The notes beneath the pieces were generated by a model. It ran no database searches and was not told the DNA's origin. It saw only the letters and a list, made by a program, of their open reading frames with translations. 64,000 bases of DNA from positions 23,772,364-23,836,363 of the forward strand of contig JARDVH010000110.1 in NCBI GenBank assembly GCA_030324005.1, written 5' to 3'. The stretch's first letter is position 1; the number at the start of each line of letters is the position of its first letter. A program made the translations under genes and the position numbers. Below, piece after piece: positions 24,961-37,913 of the stretch. Source of the stretch: Negaprion brevirostris. Its lineage: Eukaryota.

Positions 24961-25119
24961 AAGACAATAAAGAGCAGTTTGGATTTAAGAAGGTAAAATA
25001 TTAATACAAAATGAAAACTGTCTTCCCCAAAGCTAAAAATCAGACTACACCAAAACAGTATGCAGAATGCAGAAAAATCTAAGAAGAATTGTGCATTCTC
25101 CATTTATTGAAGGGAAGAG

Positions 25120-25417
25120 GGGGGAGGACATGGTATAGTTGTATTGTCCCTGGACTACGAATCCAGAAACCCAGGGGGACCCAGATTCAAATCTCACCAT
25201 AGTAGATGGCGAAATTTGAATCCAATAAAAATCTGGAATCTAAAGTCTAATGACCACGAAATCATTGTCAATTGTCGTAAAAACCTATCTGGTCCACTAG
25301 TGTCCTTTAGGGAATGTCCTAACCTGGTCTAGTTACATGTGACTCCAGATCCACAGGGATGGGAAATAAATGTTGGCCTGGCCAGCGTGTCCACATACCA
25401 TGAATGAATTAAAGAAA
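25120..25417 (+). mobile_element. tRNA-derived SINE type B
   Basis: tggtatagttgtattgtccctggact..aatccaga...gattcaaatc...tctggtccactagtgtcctttagggaa...gggatgggaaataaatgttggcctggccagcg...atgaatgaattaaa. Confidence 0.85.
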
Positions 25418-25949
25418 AGATGGTTGGCTCATCAAGCCATCACTTTAAGGCCTATTTCTCACAACACTGACATTCTACTTCTATATTCCTACCACAAAAA
25501 TGCATAGAAAGATGTCCATTCAAGACACAGGATCCCCATGCATTTTCTCTCCATTTCTTCCCATCACACTCTACAGCTGGAATGACTGTCAATTATATTG
25601 TTTAAGTTGCTCTTCTGTTAATTGAACTGATTTCTAATCAGCAAGGCAATTAAACACACCTGAATAAATCAAAAGTTTCAGAGAAAATATACACCGGAGT
25701 GTTTTATTTCATGTCTATGTTCAACGGGTCATGTCGCAGACCCTCTTTCATTATCTGTTCCTTCATTTCTGGTTGCATTTCAGTTACATGTTCCTGATCT
25801 TTAGATAGCCAGTGTGGAGAGGTGGGGAAATGCAGAGGATCCCATCATGGCCCTGGCCACAGTGATCAATAGGTCCAGGAGGGTCGTCTCTTCCAGAGCT
25901 CTATCTGCGCTTAATGTCAATGGAGAGGGAGCACAGTGTGTCTGCCAAT

Positions 25950-26282
25950 GATTACCTTATTGAGTTTTTTGAGAAAGTGACTAAAGAGGTGGGTGGGGGT
26001 AAGACAGTTGACGTGATATATATGGACTTTAGTAAGGCGTTTGATAAGGTTCACCATGGAAGGCTTCTGCAGAAAATGCAGATGTATGGGATTNNNNNNN
26101 NNNNNNNNNNNNNNNNNNNNNNNNNNNNNNNNNNNNNNNNNNNNNNNNNNNNNNNNNNNNNNNNNNNNNNNNNNNNNNNNNNNNNNNNNNNNNAGAGGGT
26201 CATTGCTTTTAATTGGTCGGCGCAACATTGTGGGCCGAAGGGCCTGTTCTGCACTGTAATGTTCTATGTTCTATGTTCTATA
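25950..26282 (+). mobile_element. CR1 RT fragment and 3' tail (internal gap)
   Basis: LIEFFEKVTKEV..GKTVDVIYMDFSKAFDKVHHGRLLQK; tail gggccgaagggcctgttctgcactgtaatgttctatgttctatg. Confidence 0.92.
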
Positions 26283-26379
26283 CGCTTGAAACCTCAAACA
26301 ATCAAGGAATATAGTAGTGTATCCCCAGACCTGAAAACATTGTTCTACTTTGAATAGCTGAGTTTTCTCAAAAGATTTT

Positions 26380-26796
26380 GGGGTGACTCTCCCAGCCCAC
26401 TGTGCTGCATCAACAGCGGAGAGGTCCACAAGGCCAATGATCAGGGGGTGGCGGGGAGGGGGGGATGTCAGAGGGGCAGCGATGCGGGGTCACAGGGCTG
26501 GCCAGTGACTGAGCTGGCCTGAGATCGGGGGGCTGGCAGTGCAGGGCTACTGAGCATGCACCGATCTTCACTCTGACAGATCGGTGCGTGTGCAGCGGCC
26601 TGCTCAGCGCTTTGCTGTCTGCCTCTCCAGTGGGAATAGCCCCCGCCCCCAGATTTTCAGTTTGAATCTCACTAGGGCACTCTGATGCACAGAGTGGGGG
26701 AGATTCATTCTGAAAATCATGCAAAAAAAAATCAGCGAGCGTTACTCCTGTTTTCACAAGTATTGGGTATTTAGAATATTTTGGGAGAATCACCTC
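26380..26796. mobile_element. MITE with GGGG(C/T)GATTCTCCC termini
   Basis: ggggtgactctccca ... tgggagaatcacc. A homologous copy in the opposite orientation starts at 29547. Confidence 0.75.
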
Positions 26797-28214
26797 CTTT
26801 GATTTTTCTTTGGGTCTATTCATACTGTCCCTTTCAAAGGGACACTTAGGCCGGGATTTTCACTCCACAATCACAACTGAAGAGTCGGGACATTCCTTCA
26901 AACCGATCCAGGAGAAAGTGCCCTAGAGCATCAGATATTCATTCTGGGGTGGTGGAGCTCCCTGGGATTCGGGCTGAGTAACTCCAGAATGAATAAGGAA
27001 GATGCTGGGTATGGCTGGGCAGAAGGCCTATCTCTGTGCACCAGCACTTTGTCTATCTTTAAAAAAAACAGTAAACCAAAAACAGCCCCCACCCTTCATA
27101 TACTCTGAGCCCTCCCCTCCCCATGTCCCAACCCTTGCAACCCATGACACCTCTTGTCCCCTATCCACTCCATGGCTCCTTAAATCCTCTGTGCCAACCT
27201 GTGACCGGCTATCTCATGGCCCTTCATATCCCTGATGCCAACTTGCTAGTCACCCAGCCACCTCGTGGCTCCTCATATCCTCCATGTTAGCCTATGCTTC
27301 CTACCCATCTCATAGGCTTTTAAAGCCCCTTTGTCAACTTAGTCCCAACTCATGCCAACTCATGCCCCCCACTGATCATTGAAACTTACCATGCCAACCC
27401 GCCTAGTATCCACCATGGGTACCCATGCTGAGATTACATTAAATAAATGTGTCTATTGCAGATTTTATTTTTTAAAAAATAATATTCTCATTCATAAAAA
27501 AAACATGCAGTACAAAAAACATTCCAAGGCCTGGAAGACTCAACCAGCTAGGGTCAAATTTAAAATTGTGTAAACCTTCAATATGTGAATTGTCAATTCG
27601 CTTCCCCTGGGAATGGGTTGGCTGCCTGCCTCACATCCCACCTCTCTCACAGGAAGAAGCGTTGTAAGTCAGCCCCACAATGAGGTTCAGAAGTTGTAAT
27701 GTTGAATGGTGATGTTTATTGATGGCACAGAGTGATATACATAGGCACAAAGTATATCCTAAACTAGGAGTTAACTTCATGCTGACTCCTACTCACGTCT
27801 TATCGTGGTGACAATAATGTGGCTATCTGCATTATGCTGTGGGCAGTAATTCTCATCATTCCCACATTAACCTTTGCTATGCCGAACACCTTTTTTATTC
27901 GCGTGGGCATCTTGGAAAGGGTGGGAGGGGGTGGGAGGGGGTGGGGGGAGCGGGNNNNNNNNNNNNNNNNNNNNNNNGCAGGTTGGTTGGTAAGTTTACG
28001 AATCTGATTTTTAATATTTCACCATCCCACCTGATCCAAAGCCATCCATTTTGGAGCTAATACTCACCTGTTGAGTGAGACATATGCTGATGTGGACTAC
28101 TGAGCCATTTTATGTTACAAAGCAGCAAGTGGCAAGAAGAAAGTAATTATGAAAGCAATTCCCACTTGCTTTATCAGCCTCACTCGACTCCTTGAATAAT
28201 TAGCAATTAACAAG

Positions 28215-28512
28215 TGGGGAGATGATGGCCTAATGGCATTATTGCCACTCACAGCACCAGGGGCCCAAGTTCAATTCCCAGCTTGGGTCACTGTCTGTGC
28301 GCAGTCTGCATGTTCTCCCCATATCAATGTGGGTTTTGTCCAGGTGCTCTGGTTTCCTCCCACAGTCTGAAAGACGTGCTAGTTAGGTGCATCAACCATG
28401 GTAAATTCTCCCTCAGTGTACCTGAGCAGGCGCCGGAGACGACTAGGACATTTTTGCAGTAACTTAATTGCAGTGTTAATGTAAGCCTGCTTGCGACACT
28501 AATAAATAAATC
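28215..28512 (+). mobile_element. V-SINE (alternative tail)
   Basis: ctcacagcaccaggggcccaagttcaattcccagcttgggtcactgtctgtg...ttttgcagtaacttaattgcagtgttaatgtaagcctgcttgcgacactaataaataaa. Confidence 0.88.
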
Positions 28513-29089
28513 TTTTTTAAAATATCATTTTTATTTAATACTCTGAATACACATAGAATGTGTGAGGCAGAGCCTTCGTCTCCTCAACATTCAATGGTTT
28601 GCAAATAAGCTTGTCAGACACAGCGACTACCAGATTTCACAAGTTTTATATTCTCAGTACAGACTTACCTAGCTCTTTTAAAGAGTTGGTAAAGATATAT
28701 TAATCTAAATGGCCTCCTTCCGTACTGTATGATTCTATGATTCCACATGAACAGAATTTTTGCCATTGTTATGGGTATGAGTGGTTTGTTAGACCGTTGA
28801 ATACAGGATGACATGTTGCTTGATGTTCCCAATTATCGTGCACAATGTAAAGGATAATTGGTCAATTAACACATCAAATCCCCCTGCCTTAGTGCTACAA
28901 CCTGTGGTTTCCTTTATAAGGCTGTGCTAATTAATTTTGTTTTCAAGCACAGCCCGTGAACTATACCTTATTACTGAGTGATCAGAATTCCCAGAGTTAG
29001 GTAGTCTTGTTTGGGTCCTCGGCTGAGGAGGGCACTCTCTGCGTCCAACCCCTCAAGCACCCCTGACAGCAGGAAGCAGGCCACCATTG

Positions 29090-29319
29090 CCCGATAGAAT
29101 CTTCTAGTCCTGCTGCTGTCATTGGGATTTCCCATTGAATCCATGCCGCTGGGAAACCCACGAGATGGAGAGGGTGATAAAAACACACCCTTTGACCAGA
29201 ATTATCGGCACGTCCGCCCGAGATTCATACGATCCCACCCGAGGCCAACCAAGAATGCCGTTCTCTGAGCCTCGCTGGCACCCGGAATCGGGGTGGGCGT
29301 GCTGGTAAAATTCTGGCCT
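29090..29319. mobile_element. Two tandem short MITEs
   Basis: The second is bounded by gaccagaatt ... aattctggcc. The first is similar, with a central gggatttcccattga. Confidence 0.5.
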
Positions 29320-29546
29320 ATGTTTCCAATCCTACATCGCTTCCAAGTGCCACTCACATATGGCCTTTTTCCAAACTGAGCAACTCCTAGTCCCAAAAGC
29401 ACTGAACCTAAAAGACTAATTTTAACTTCTGCAGAATCACAGATGCAGAAGGAGGGCATTCAGTCCACCATGTCTGTGCCAGCTCTCTGAATGAACATTA
29501 TGACTTGATGCCATTCTCCTGCCTTCTTCCCATAACCCCCAATATT

Positions 29547-30075
29547 GGGGGCGATTCTCCCAAAAAATTCAAAGTGTCGAATTTGTGTAAAAACTGGAGT
29601 AAATCGCGTTAGTTGTTTCAGTGGAAATTTGAAACAAAATCTCCCACACTCTGTGCACTGCAGAGTGCCTCAGTGTGAATCCCATTGAAAATCAGTGTGT
29701 GGGGCCAATTCCAGCTGGAGAGGCCGGCAGCAAAGCACTGAGTAGGCCATTGCACTTGTGCCGATCTGTCAGTGCCAAGGTAGATGCCTGTGCAGTGGCC
29801 TCCCTTAGCCTTGCACCCATTAGGTCCCACCTCTTGGCACAGCCCAATGGCCCTTGGGCAGGCCAAGATGCCACCTGGAGATTGACACTTCACCCCTTGG
29901 GCAATGCCAGGGAGCTCAGGCTGATACTGCCAAGGTGCCAATGCCCAGGAGGCACCTTGTGACACCCTCTGGAGGAGCCTTGATTGCCCACCCTTCACTC
30001 CAGCAGTGATAGGCCGCCAGCTCCCCGCAAGTGAGGACCTCCTGTAAACCCCACTGGAGTGAAATACTGGGTCAG
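29547..30075. mobile_element. MITE, same family as 26380-26796, truncated by a SINE
   Basis: The two copies share sequence: GPIPAGEAGSKALSRPLH here versus GAIPTGEADSKALSRPLH in the chance frame of the other copy. Confidence 0.75.
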
Positions 30076-30094
30076 TATTTATTCTCAATGCTAT

Positions 30095-30432
30095 TTGCCC
30101 TTGAATTGGGTGGTTTGCTTGACCATTTCAGAGAGTAGTTAAGAGTCAACCACATTGCTGTGGACCTGAAGACTCAGTATGCTTCCACTGCAGCAAATTT
30201 GCAGATTTAGTTCCCTAAAGGGCACTTGTGAATTTTGCAATAATTGACAATGGTTTCATGGTCATCGTTAGACTTTTAATTCCAGATTTTTATTGAATGG
30301 TTTAATGGGCTTATTATTGAATTCAAATGTCACCATCTACCATGGTGGGATTCAAGCCCAGATGCCCAAAGCATTATCCTGGATCTCTGGGTGACTAATT
30401 AAGTAAAAATGCCACTACACCAACACCTCCCC
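30095..30432 (-). mobile_element. SINE type B
   Basis: agttaagagtcaaccacattgctgtgg...ttccctaaagggcac...ttaattccagatttttattgaa...ggtgggattcaagccca. Confidence 0.85.
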
Positions 30433-30842
30433 ACTTCTAGTTGAGTTGGAAGTTGAAGTGTCCTCTAAATGTTCCTGATCAATGGGGGCATTCAGAGAAC
30501 ACTCAGAAGTATTTCAAGACCTCTATTGAGAGCCCTTCCACCTTGCTTTGTGCATAACTTCTCTCCGCTGCTTACTCTACTCCACCTCCCAGTCACGCTA
30601 CAATCCCTGAGGAACAGCAAGCAGGGCCCTCATTACTGAAAGCAGCCATTCTCCTGACATTCCATCCAACTCCTCTGTTCTCCTTGTTGAAGTCCAATGC
30701 CCACTCCAATGCAAATCCAAAGGTTTCTGTCAACTCCTCCAATCACACTTAACACAGTATTTCCACTAACTCTGCAGTAGCAAGAGAAAGATGAAAGAAC
30801 CTCACCTGCAAGTTGAATGCTGATCCCTTTAAATCATCTTAG

Positions 30843-30977
30843 AATGCTATCTTACCTGTCATTCACAGCACGCTCCCGCTGCAGCGAAGTTGGAGAATTT
30901 GGTGGCCTGCCAAATCTCTATTCACTGCAGCGGGATGAGAAAATCCCACTGGCTAACCCGTGGTAAGATTCCGGCCT
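30843..30977. mobile_element. Palindromic MITE
   Basis: atcttacc...tcccgctgcagcgaa...ttcactgcagcggga...ggtaagattccggcc|tta. Confidence 0.6.
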
Positions 30978-32967
30978 TAGTGTCTGGGATGGGGGCAGGG
31001 GAACACTTCTGAAACCTGGAGTGACTATGAGAGGGCATCGACAGGACCAGTTGGGTGTAAAATGGCAAACTAGGTAGCAAATCCATGTCAAATGCAGTTT
31101 AATGCTATGATCCACCAATTCAAGGGCAATTAGGGATGGAAAATAAATACTGGCCTAACCAGTGATGCCACATCCCATGAACAAATAAAAGAAAATCTAC
31201 TCTGCTTAGCATAGGACATGCCAGGCATACTATGTCACAAGTTTTCCAGCCTATATATCCAGTATTTCCAGCTCCCATAGCATTGATACCAGAGGCAGTG
31301 CGGAGCTGAATTTCTGATCTTAATTTGAATGTAATTACCAATTAAAATAAGTTTCAGCAGAAGGAGTTCTTGAAAAGCTGCAAAATAATTTAGTAACAAA
31401 AACCAGTAAAATGGATGACAGGTTCCATGCTTTGTGTTCTGTGATTGGTGACCTAAATGTTGAAATGCTGCATTATGTTTTTCTTAAATTGAAAATAAAC
31501 CAGCAAAAATTCCTCAAATTGGCTTGATTCCAATGCAATGTGGGGAATTAAGTGAAGCTGACTGCATCCACAATGGCTAAGGGAGAGGGCTTCTCTCAGT
31601 TTTAGAATTTTACTTGTTAAATGAGTGCATTTAGTATTTAACAGTGTTGAGCTTGTCAGATTATGGTTTCCTCTCACAGCCTTATTAATATTCACAGATG
31701 TGGACTTATTCATGGTAATGAGGGGATAGCTCCTAATGTGACAGGTGGATATTAGTCTTGTGTTAGGTCCCTCTAGACTGACTCAAGGGGGTCTGAATTC
31801 ACTTTGCAGGAAGGAGAGCCAAAAGACAGCTCTGACAGATGCAGATTTATGTAATCTCTGCTCTGCAATATTTTTCTGGCACTGCAGTCATGGAAGTGTA
31901 TCCTAGACAATAAATCTCTTCCAAATAAATATTGAATACACCTTTTTGACCAATGAACTTGACTGCTGTTACCAATGTCATATATTTTATTCTAAGGCCT
32001 TTATTAACTTTAGAGCTCTACAGCTCAGACCCTGAGAAGACTTGACAGCTATGCCCGTTGTTCATTTAAACATAAAATCCTTTCCGCAGCCACATCACTT
32101 TTGTATTTTCATTCATTTCCAGAATATATTTAAATGTAAATTTGATCCATTTACCATCAATTGTAGGTTCATTGTGGCCAGCACAGTGACAGTACAAATT
32201 CAGGCAGATACCATGCTGCAGCTGTGGACAGAGAAATGATTTAAAACACAGGTAATAGTTGACTCTTTTTAAATTTGGAGATGACACATTCCTGCTTGGA
32301 CCCACAGGATAGCTATTGTAGACAGAGCATGCAGCACAGAACCTGACACCATTCAGTGGGTAAGGACATGTAAAATGCATAAACCCATCAAACATCTCCT
32401 AGTATCTAACAAATGCCTAAGAAACAAGTTGTTCATATTTTAATGACATAGGGTGCTTCTGGTAGAATGTCTTGTCACTTTGTTTGAGGTTTCAGACATT
32501 TCTGACCTGAGGGATGAATACTTTTGGGGTGAAATGTGTCACGTAATAAGTCAGAATGATGAATGGTATGATTTATACTACTGAAGTTAATTAGAAATTA
32601 CATTTCATAATCATAATGGTTATGCAGCTTATCAACTTTAGTAAGCAGTAGATTTCATAATCCTGAGAGTGAACATTAATAGTTAATATATTACTCCCAA
32701 CCATATTCAATAATTGTTATGCCTTTATTTGAGTATTATTTAATAATATTTCATGATGCTGACAACAGGGGCATTGCTCATCAATATGTAATTTAATTAT
32801 TTGCTTATTGTGGATGAGTAATTAAAACTAAATATTATCATTTTCATTAATGAAAATTTCATAACTCATTAAGAACAATGCAATATTTGTAATAATTGAA
32901 TTCCAATTATTAGCTCTTTCTCCTTTTCCCAGAGGTTTTTCCAATGAAAGTCAATTTCACTTTGTAT

Positions 32968-33510
32968 TGATCTGATTTGATTTGAATTATTTTTGTCACA
33001 TGTATTGGTGTACAGTGAAAAGTATTGTTTCTTGCATGCTATACAGCCAAACCATACTGTTCATAGAGAAGGAGAGAGTGCAGAATGTAGTGCTATAGTC
33101 ACAGCTAGGGTATAGAGAAAGATCAAATTAGTGTGAGGTAGGTCCATTCAAAAGTCTGGTGGCAGCAGGGAAAAAGTTGTTTTTGAATCAGTTGGTACAT
33201 GACCTCAGACTTTTGTAACATTTTCTCGATGGAAGAAGGTGGAAGTGAGTATATCCGGGGTGCGTGGGGTCCTTAATTGTGCTGGGTGCTTTTCCAAGAC
33301 AGCAGGAAGTGTAGTCAATGGATGGGAGGCTGATTTACATGATGGATTGAGCTATGTTCACATCCTTTTATAGTGTTTTGCTATCTTGGTCAGAGCAGGG
33401 GCCATAGCAAGCTGTGATACAACCAGAAAGAATGCTTTCTATGGTGCATCTGTAAAGGTTGGTGACGATCATAGCCGACATGCCAAATTTCCTTGGTCTT
33501 TGGAGAAAAT
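32968..33510 (-). mobile_element. Rex1/Babar LINE 3' fragment
   Basis: (TCAAA)n tail; nearly colinear with 60190-60910. Confidence 0.8.
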
Positions 33511-36500
33511 ATTTATGGGATTAATCAAATTTTTATCGCAACTAATTTATCTTCTGAGATATTAGCCACAGACACTCTTTTCTTTAAAATTGCATATGCC
33601 TTCCTATTATTCTCTCAATAATTGCCTCATTTTAATTCTTTTTGATTCTCTCTCTCTGTAACTTCTGTTTTCTGTCTTTCTACTCCCTCCCTCTTGCTCA
33701 TAAATGTTCTCACTGTTATCTCTGCAACTCTCAATGTTTCCTTCTCTCTCATTCTCTGTAAAACCCTCTTCATTGTTTGCTTTTTCTGTGGTGTTTCTCT
33801 AACTCTTCTAGCTCATGTTGTGTATATTTGTGAATCAAACTGGCCTAGAAGGCAAATATAAAGTTTTGTCAGTGCTCTGTGAGTGACTATTTTGCTATCA
33901 ACCTTGACATGAAATCTTACTATTTCAATTTCTCACGCACATGTGTTGGATAATCCAAAATATGTTTGAGGAATTTGTAATAAGATGGTCTTTATGACGG
34001 ACAGCAAGATCAAACATTCACAACACAAGACAAGGGGTGGAAAAGTGTCATATCAACAAGAAAACAGGAGTGATCTGTGCTGGTCTCTCAGGCGTGCTCC
34101 ACGCCACAATCCTTTCACACACTCACATTTTAGGAGTGTGGTGAGACGCGTGTCAGCACTGGGGGGTTGGGGGATCCTAAATATGTGGATGAGCTTGGCT
34201 TTAGGGTGTTCAGATGGCTTTTCGCAAGGGCATTCCTATCTTACAGTGCACTGGGAGACCCACCATCCCCCCACGGATACCAGTACCTCCCATACATCAG
34301 CGACATGTTATCCCACCCCCTCCTCGACATGGGTTGCTAGCATTGGGGCATCACAGAGTCAGTTCCCCATTATGACCCCCGACTTGGCACCATTCGAAAA
34401 TATTCAAATTGCAAACATCTAATCATTCTGCCTGGCCAAGCCAATAGTTACCCAGAAAAGATGAGAAGAATTAAAGCCTCTTCTAACTTCTGGGTAACTA
34501 TTGTACAGACCCACTCCAACCCCACATGGCTCTACCTCCTACAGCCCCAACCTTGCTAAGCACCTCCCACCAAAACCCAGACTACTACCCCCCACAGAGC
34601 ACTCACCACTCATTTCCTGGGGTCTCCCCTACTGTCTTGACTACTCCCCCACATGGGTCATCCTCACTAAGGCCCAACCCAACTTGACGTCCATTTCCTC
34701 CTGAATCCCAGAGGCCTAACCAAGCAACCCACCCACCCAAAGATTGACCTGACCTGAAATGAACCCCACCCTCACCAAGGCCAACACAACACTTGAAGCC
34801 TGACATAATCTGAATCAACACCCTCCACGCTGAGGCCCAACATTCCTACCCCAGAAATTAATCCCACCCACCCCCACCCCCACCAAATCTTACCCACTTC
34901 TCCCAGGCCTGACTTTAAAGCTAGCTGGATTTACATTGTTTACAGCAGCTAATCCCATAAAAAGAGGGGCACCATGTCCTTGCATCCCAACAGAGCTGCC
35001 CTTTGGCACTAGAACTTGGGAACTGCAGTGCTCTGCTGCCCAGATCTCACTGAGCCTGAGCCAGAAGCTCAGGTGAGATAGAATGGAAAAAAATGTAAGG
35101 CAAAGAACTAGCAGTGCAATGGCAATCTCACTCTTAGTGTCACTCCGGGGAAGTTCAGGCCAGTTTCTAAGGCCTCTGCAATTCATTTACTCATCTGACC
35201 TGGGATATGTGCACGTTTTTGTGATGTTTTGTCAATTCTTGCTGTTATTCCATTAGAAAAACTATTTCCAATTCATCAAATACTTCTCTCATGCTCAGGG
35301 TGAAAGTTCACTTCTATAAGTGGATCTGCTTGAATGTTGGTCCATTAGAGACCTGCTGAGACTAGATCAACTGAAAACTTCAAAACCCCAAGATTGAGAC
35401 GGTTTCATTCATTACTTCCTTGGAACTGAAATGTGACTCCAAAAGACACAGTAGTCAGAAATATAGCATTGCTCTAACGAAACCATTCTTACTGAATGAT
35501 TGAATTGACATGAAGCCTCACCTGATATCCAAATTCTCAAACATTAGAAGATTAAACACTCTATTAATCCACATAACCCAGTTTAAATTAAAAATGACAT
35601 ATGTTAGAATTAAAATGTAGGGCTGGATTTTAAAAATAGCAGGGTGGGACCTGACTGAGGAGGTCCTGCCCCCACATCAGGCTGTTGTAATTTTTGCCTT
35701 TTGGGGGAAATGGAAGGGGCAGGGCTGAATTGCACAGGCATGAAATACAATCTACTGGGCATTTGAAAATAATAACAAATTTCAATTGTCTTTCAAAATC
35801 TCATTAATGGATGTTAGAAATACAAAGCATAGGACAATACTCAAGGCTGTTCCTGCTTCAACACCATAACTTTGCTAAAAGGGTACTGGAACTTTCATTT
35901 ATATAGAGTCACGGGGTTGGTTTTTCATGGCTTTGGAGAGACGCTTTCAGGAATGAGGATTGCATCCAGGCCCCAATTTTAGGATTCCCAAACCCATTCC
36001 CAGGTTTTCTGATTTTTAACAGGATGCAGGCTGGCTCATTTCACAAACCCACACCTTGCACTCCCAATCTGCACAACTCCGGCATGGGGAAAGAAACAAC
36101 CCAGTCCTTGGCAATTCCCATGGATTGGGGTCAGGTGTTGTGATTCATGGCTCTTCAGAGGTGCCATGAACCATAGTCTGATAAGGGAATCTTTTGAAAG
36201 CTGAATTCAAAAAGTCTTACCCATATCAAGGTATTTCACCTATCTATCCCCTGTGGCTCCTCATACACTCTATGCCAACTCATGTTTGTCCACTCATCAT
36301 TTAGGACCCCTCATATCTTCAATATAAACTATGGCCCTGCTATGCCCACTCACCGTCTGTATACAGTGACATGGGATGTTTTTAAAAAGCAATGAAAACA
36401 AGTCATTCATTCATAAAATTTGCTTAGCTCAGCCCAATAAGAGCAACAATCACCCAGATTCTTTACAGATTCAATAGGAGAAACTGCAAGCACTTGAAAT

Positions 36501-37119
36501 CACTTCATCTTTTATAGGTAAAAATTGTGCAATTGACAGAAGAGATCAGGGATTCAAACTGTCAATAAAGAAAGGTTTTCCCTGGGACATAGCTGTTTCA
36601 TTACTCTAAGGGATGTCTGGGCCCTCAGCCAAGAATGAGGTGGAAACTAAAATATAAATAAAATAAAATGTCAGGTGTCAGGTATAGTTTTGCTGTTGTG
36701 CCTCCACTAGACCAATGGGAAGAATGTTATGCCCCCTCCCCCACCCCAGGCAAATTCTGAGGGGAGGAGGAGCATAAAATTGAATCAACGGAATTCTATC
36801 TGGCGTCCTATCCTGACCCAAGTGCAATTTCGCAATGGGTTGGGCAGGGCTTTGGATGGGAAACCCACACTTTCCCCATTAAGATCTTTAAATAGTCACT
36901 GTATAGTCATTTAAGAGCCTTTTCCCACTCAGTAATAATTTTTCAGCTGGGTCAGAGCAGAGTGGGATATTGAAAAATGAATGAGTCTCCATCTCAGGAA
37001 GGAAGATGGGAGGAATGGCCTCAATCTGCAGCACTCCTTCTGGCCATTGCAGTGCTGTGTCTAGGTGAGCTGGAGAACTGTCAGCCAATCAAATTTAAAC
37101 AGCTACAGATCATGATACT

Positions 37120-37913
37120 TAGGCTGGAATTTTACAAGTTCATCCCACCCATTGATGGGTGGAGCAAACCGGTAAAATTGTGACAGAGCCAAGAAATCAG
37201 GGTCACACACGACTTCTTGGCTCTGGCAATTTCATGAGAGCCAGATTTCCAGCAAGGTCATCTCCAGAGAGTCTGAGGGCACGGGGAGTGTGCCCCTTCA
37301 GCAGTGCCAACCTGGCATGCCTCTCTGGAACCTTGACATTGCCCACCAGTGAGGCCTATGGAGGCAGGGCCTGTGGGGGTCAGGGCCAGAAGGAGTGGCC
37401 CAACTGGGGAGGGAGGGGGGCCACTGCGCATTATGCAGATATAATCGGATCGGAAAGGGAAGGGGGAGAAACCACTGCCACTCCGCAGATGCAATCAGAT
37501 TGGGAGAGGGGAAGGGGGTTGCAATCCGTAGGGTTGCAATCAGCCCGAAGAGCGCCAGATGTCCATGCATTGTGGGGCCTGCAATCAGCCATGGGACCCA
37601 TGATTGCGAGTTTGTGAGGCTGCCCGCAATAGGATGGTCCTGACCACTCTCTGTCTGTCAGACCCCTGCTACTAAAATTATGCATTTGCAGAATCGGAGA
37701 TCTGCATATGCACAGTGACTCTCGCTGGCTGGTGAATTAAGCCCACTGTCTGCAGCAGCTAGAAACAATTTAGACCATTTTTCAATGTCTAATTATGCAA
37801 GTTTGGACGTGAAAGCCCATCCAATAAACAGATCAGAAACTCGTCCATTTTCATGCTAGCTGGAATCATTCACTTAGAATCATCACTTAGAATCATTCTC
37901 ATAAAATTCCACC
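37120..37913. mobile_element. About 800-bp MITE
   Basis: tta|ggctggaattttac ... ataaaattccacc termini around a GC-rich interior. Confidence 0.6.

Noticed and set aside
30430-30810. Possible Harbinger transposase N-terminus on the minus strand (RTFRGHFNFQLN-like)
   Set aside because: The similarity is too weak to support by eye.
32167-32251. Plus-strand exon-like segment (tgtag|...cacag|gtaata)
   Set aside because: There are stop codons in all three frames, so it could only be non-coding.
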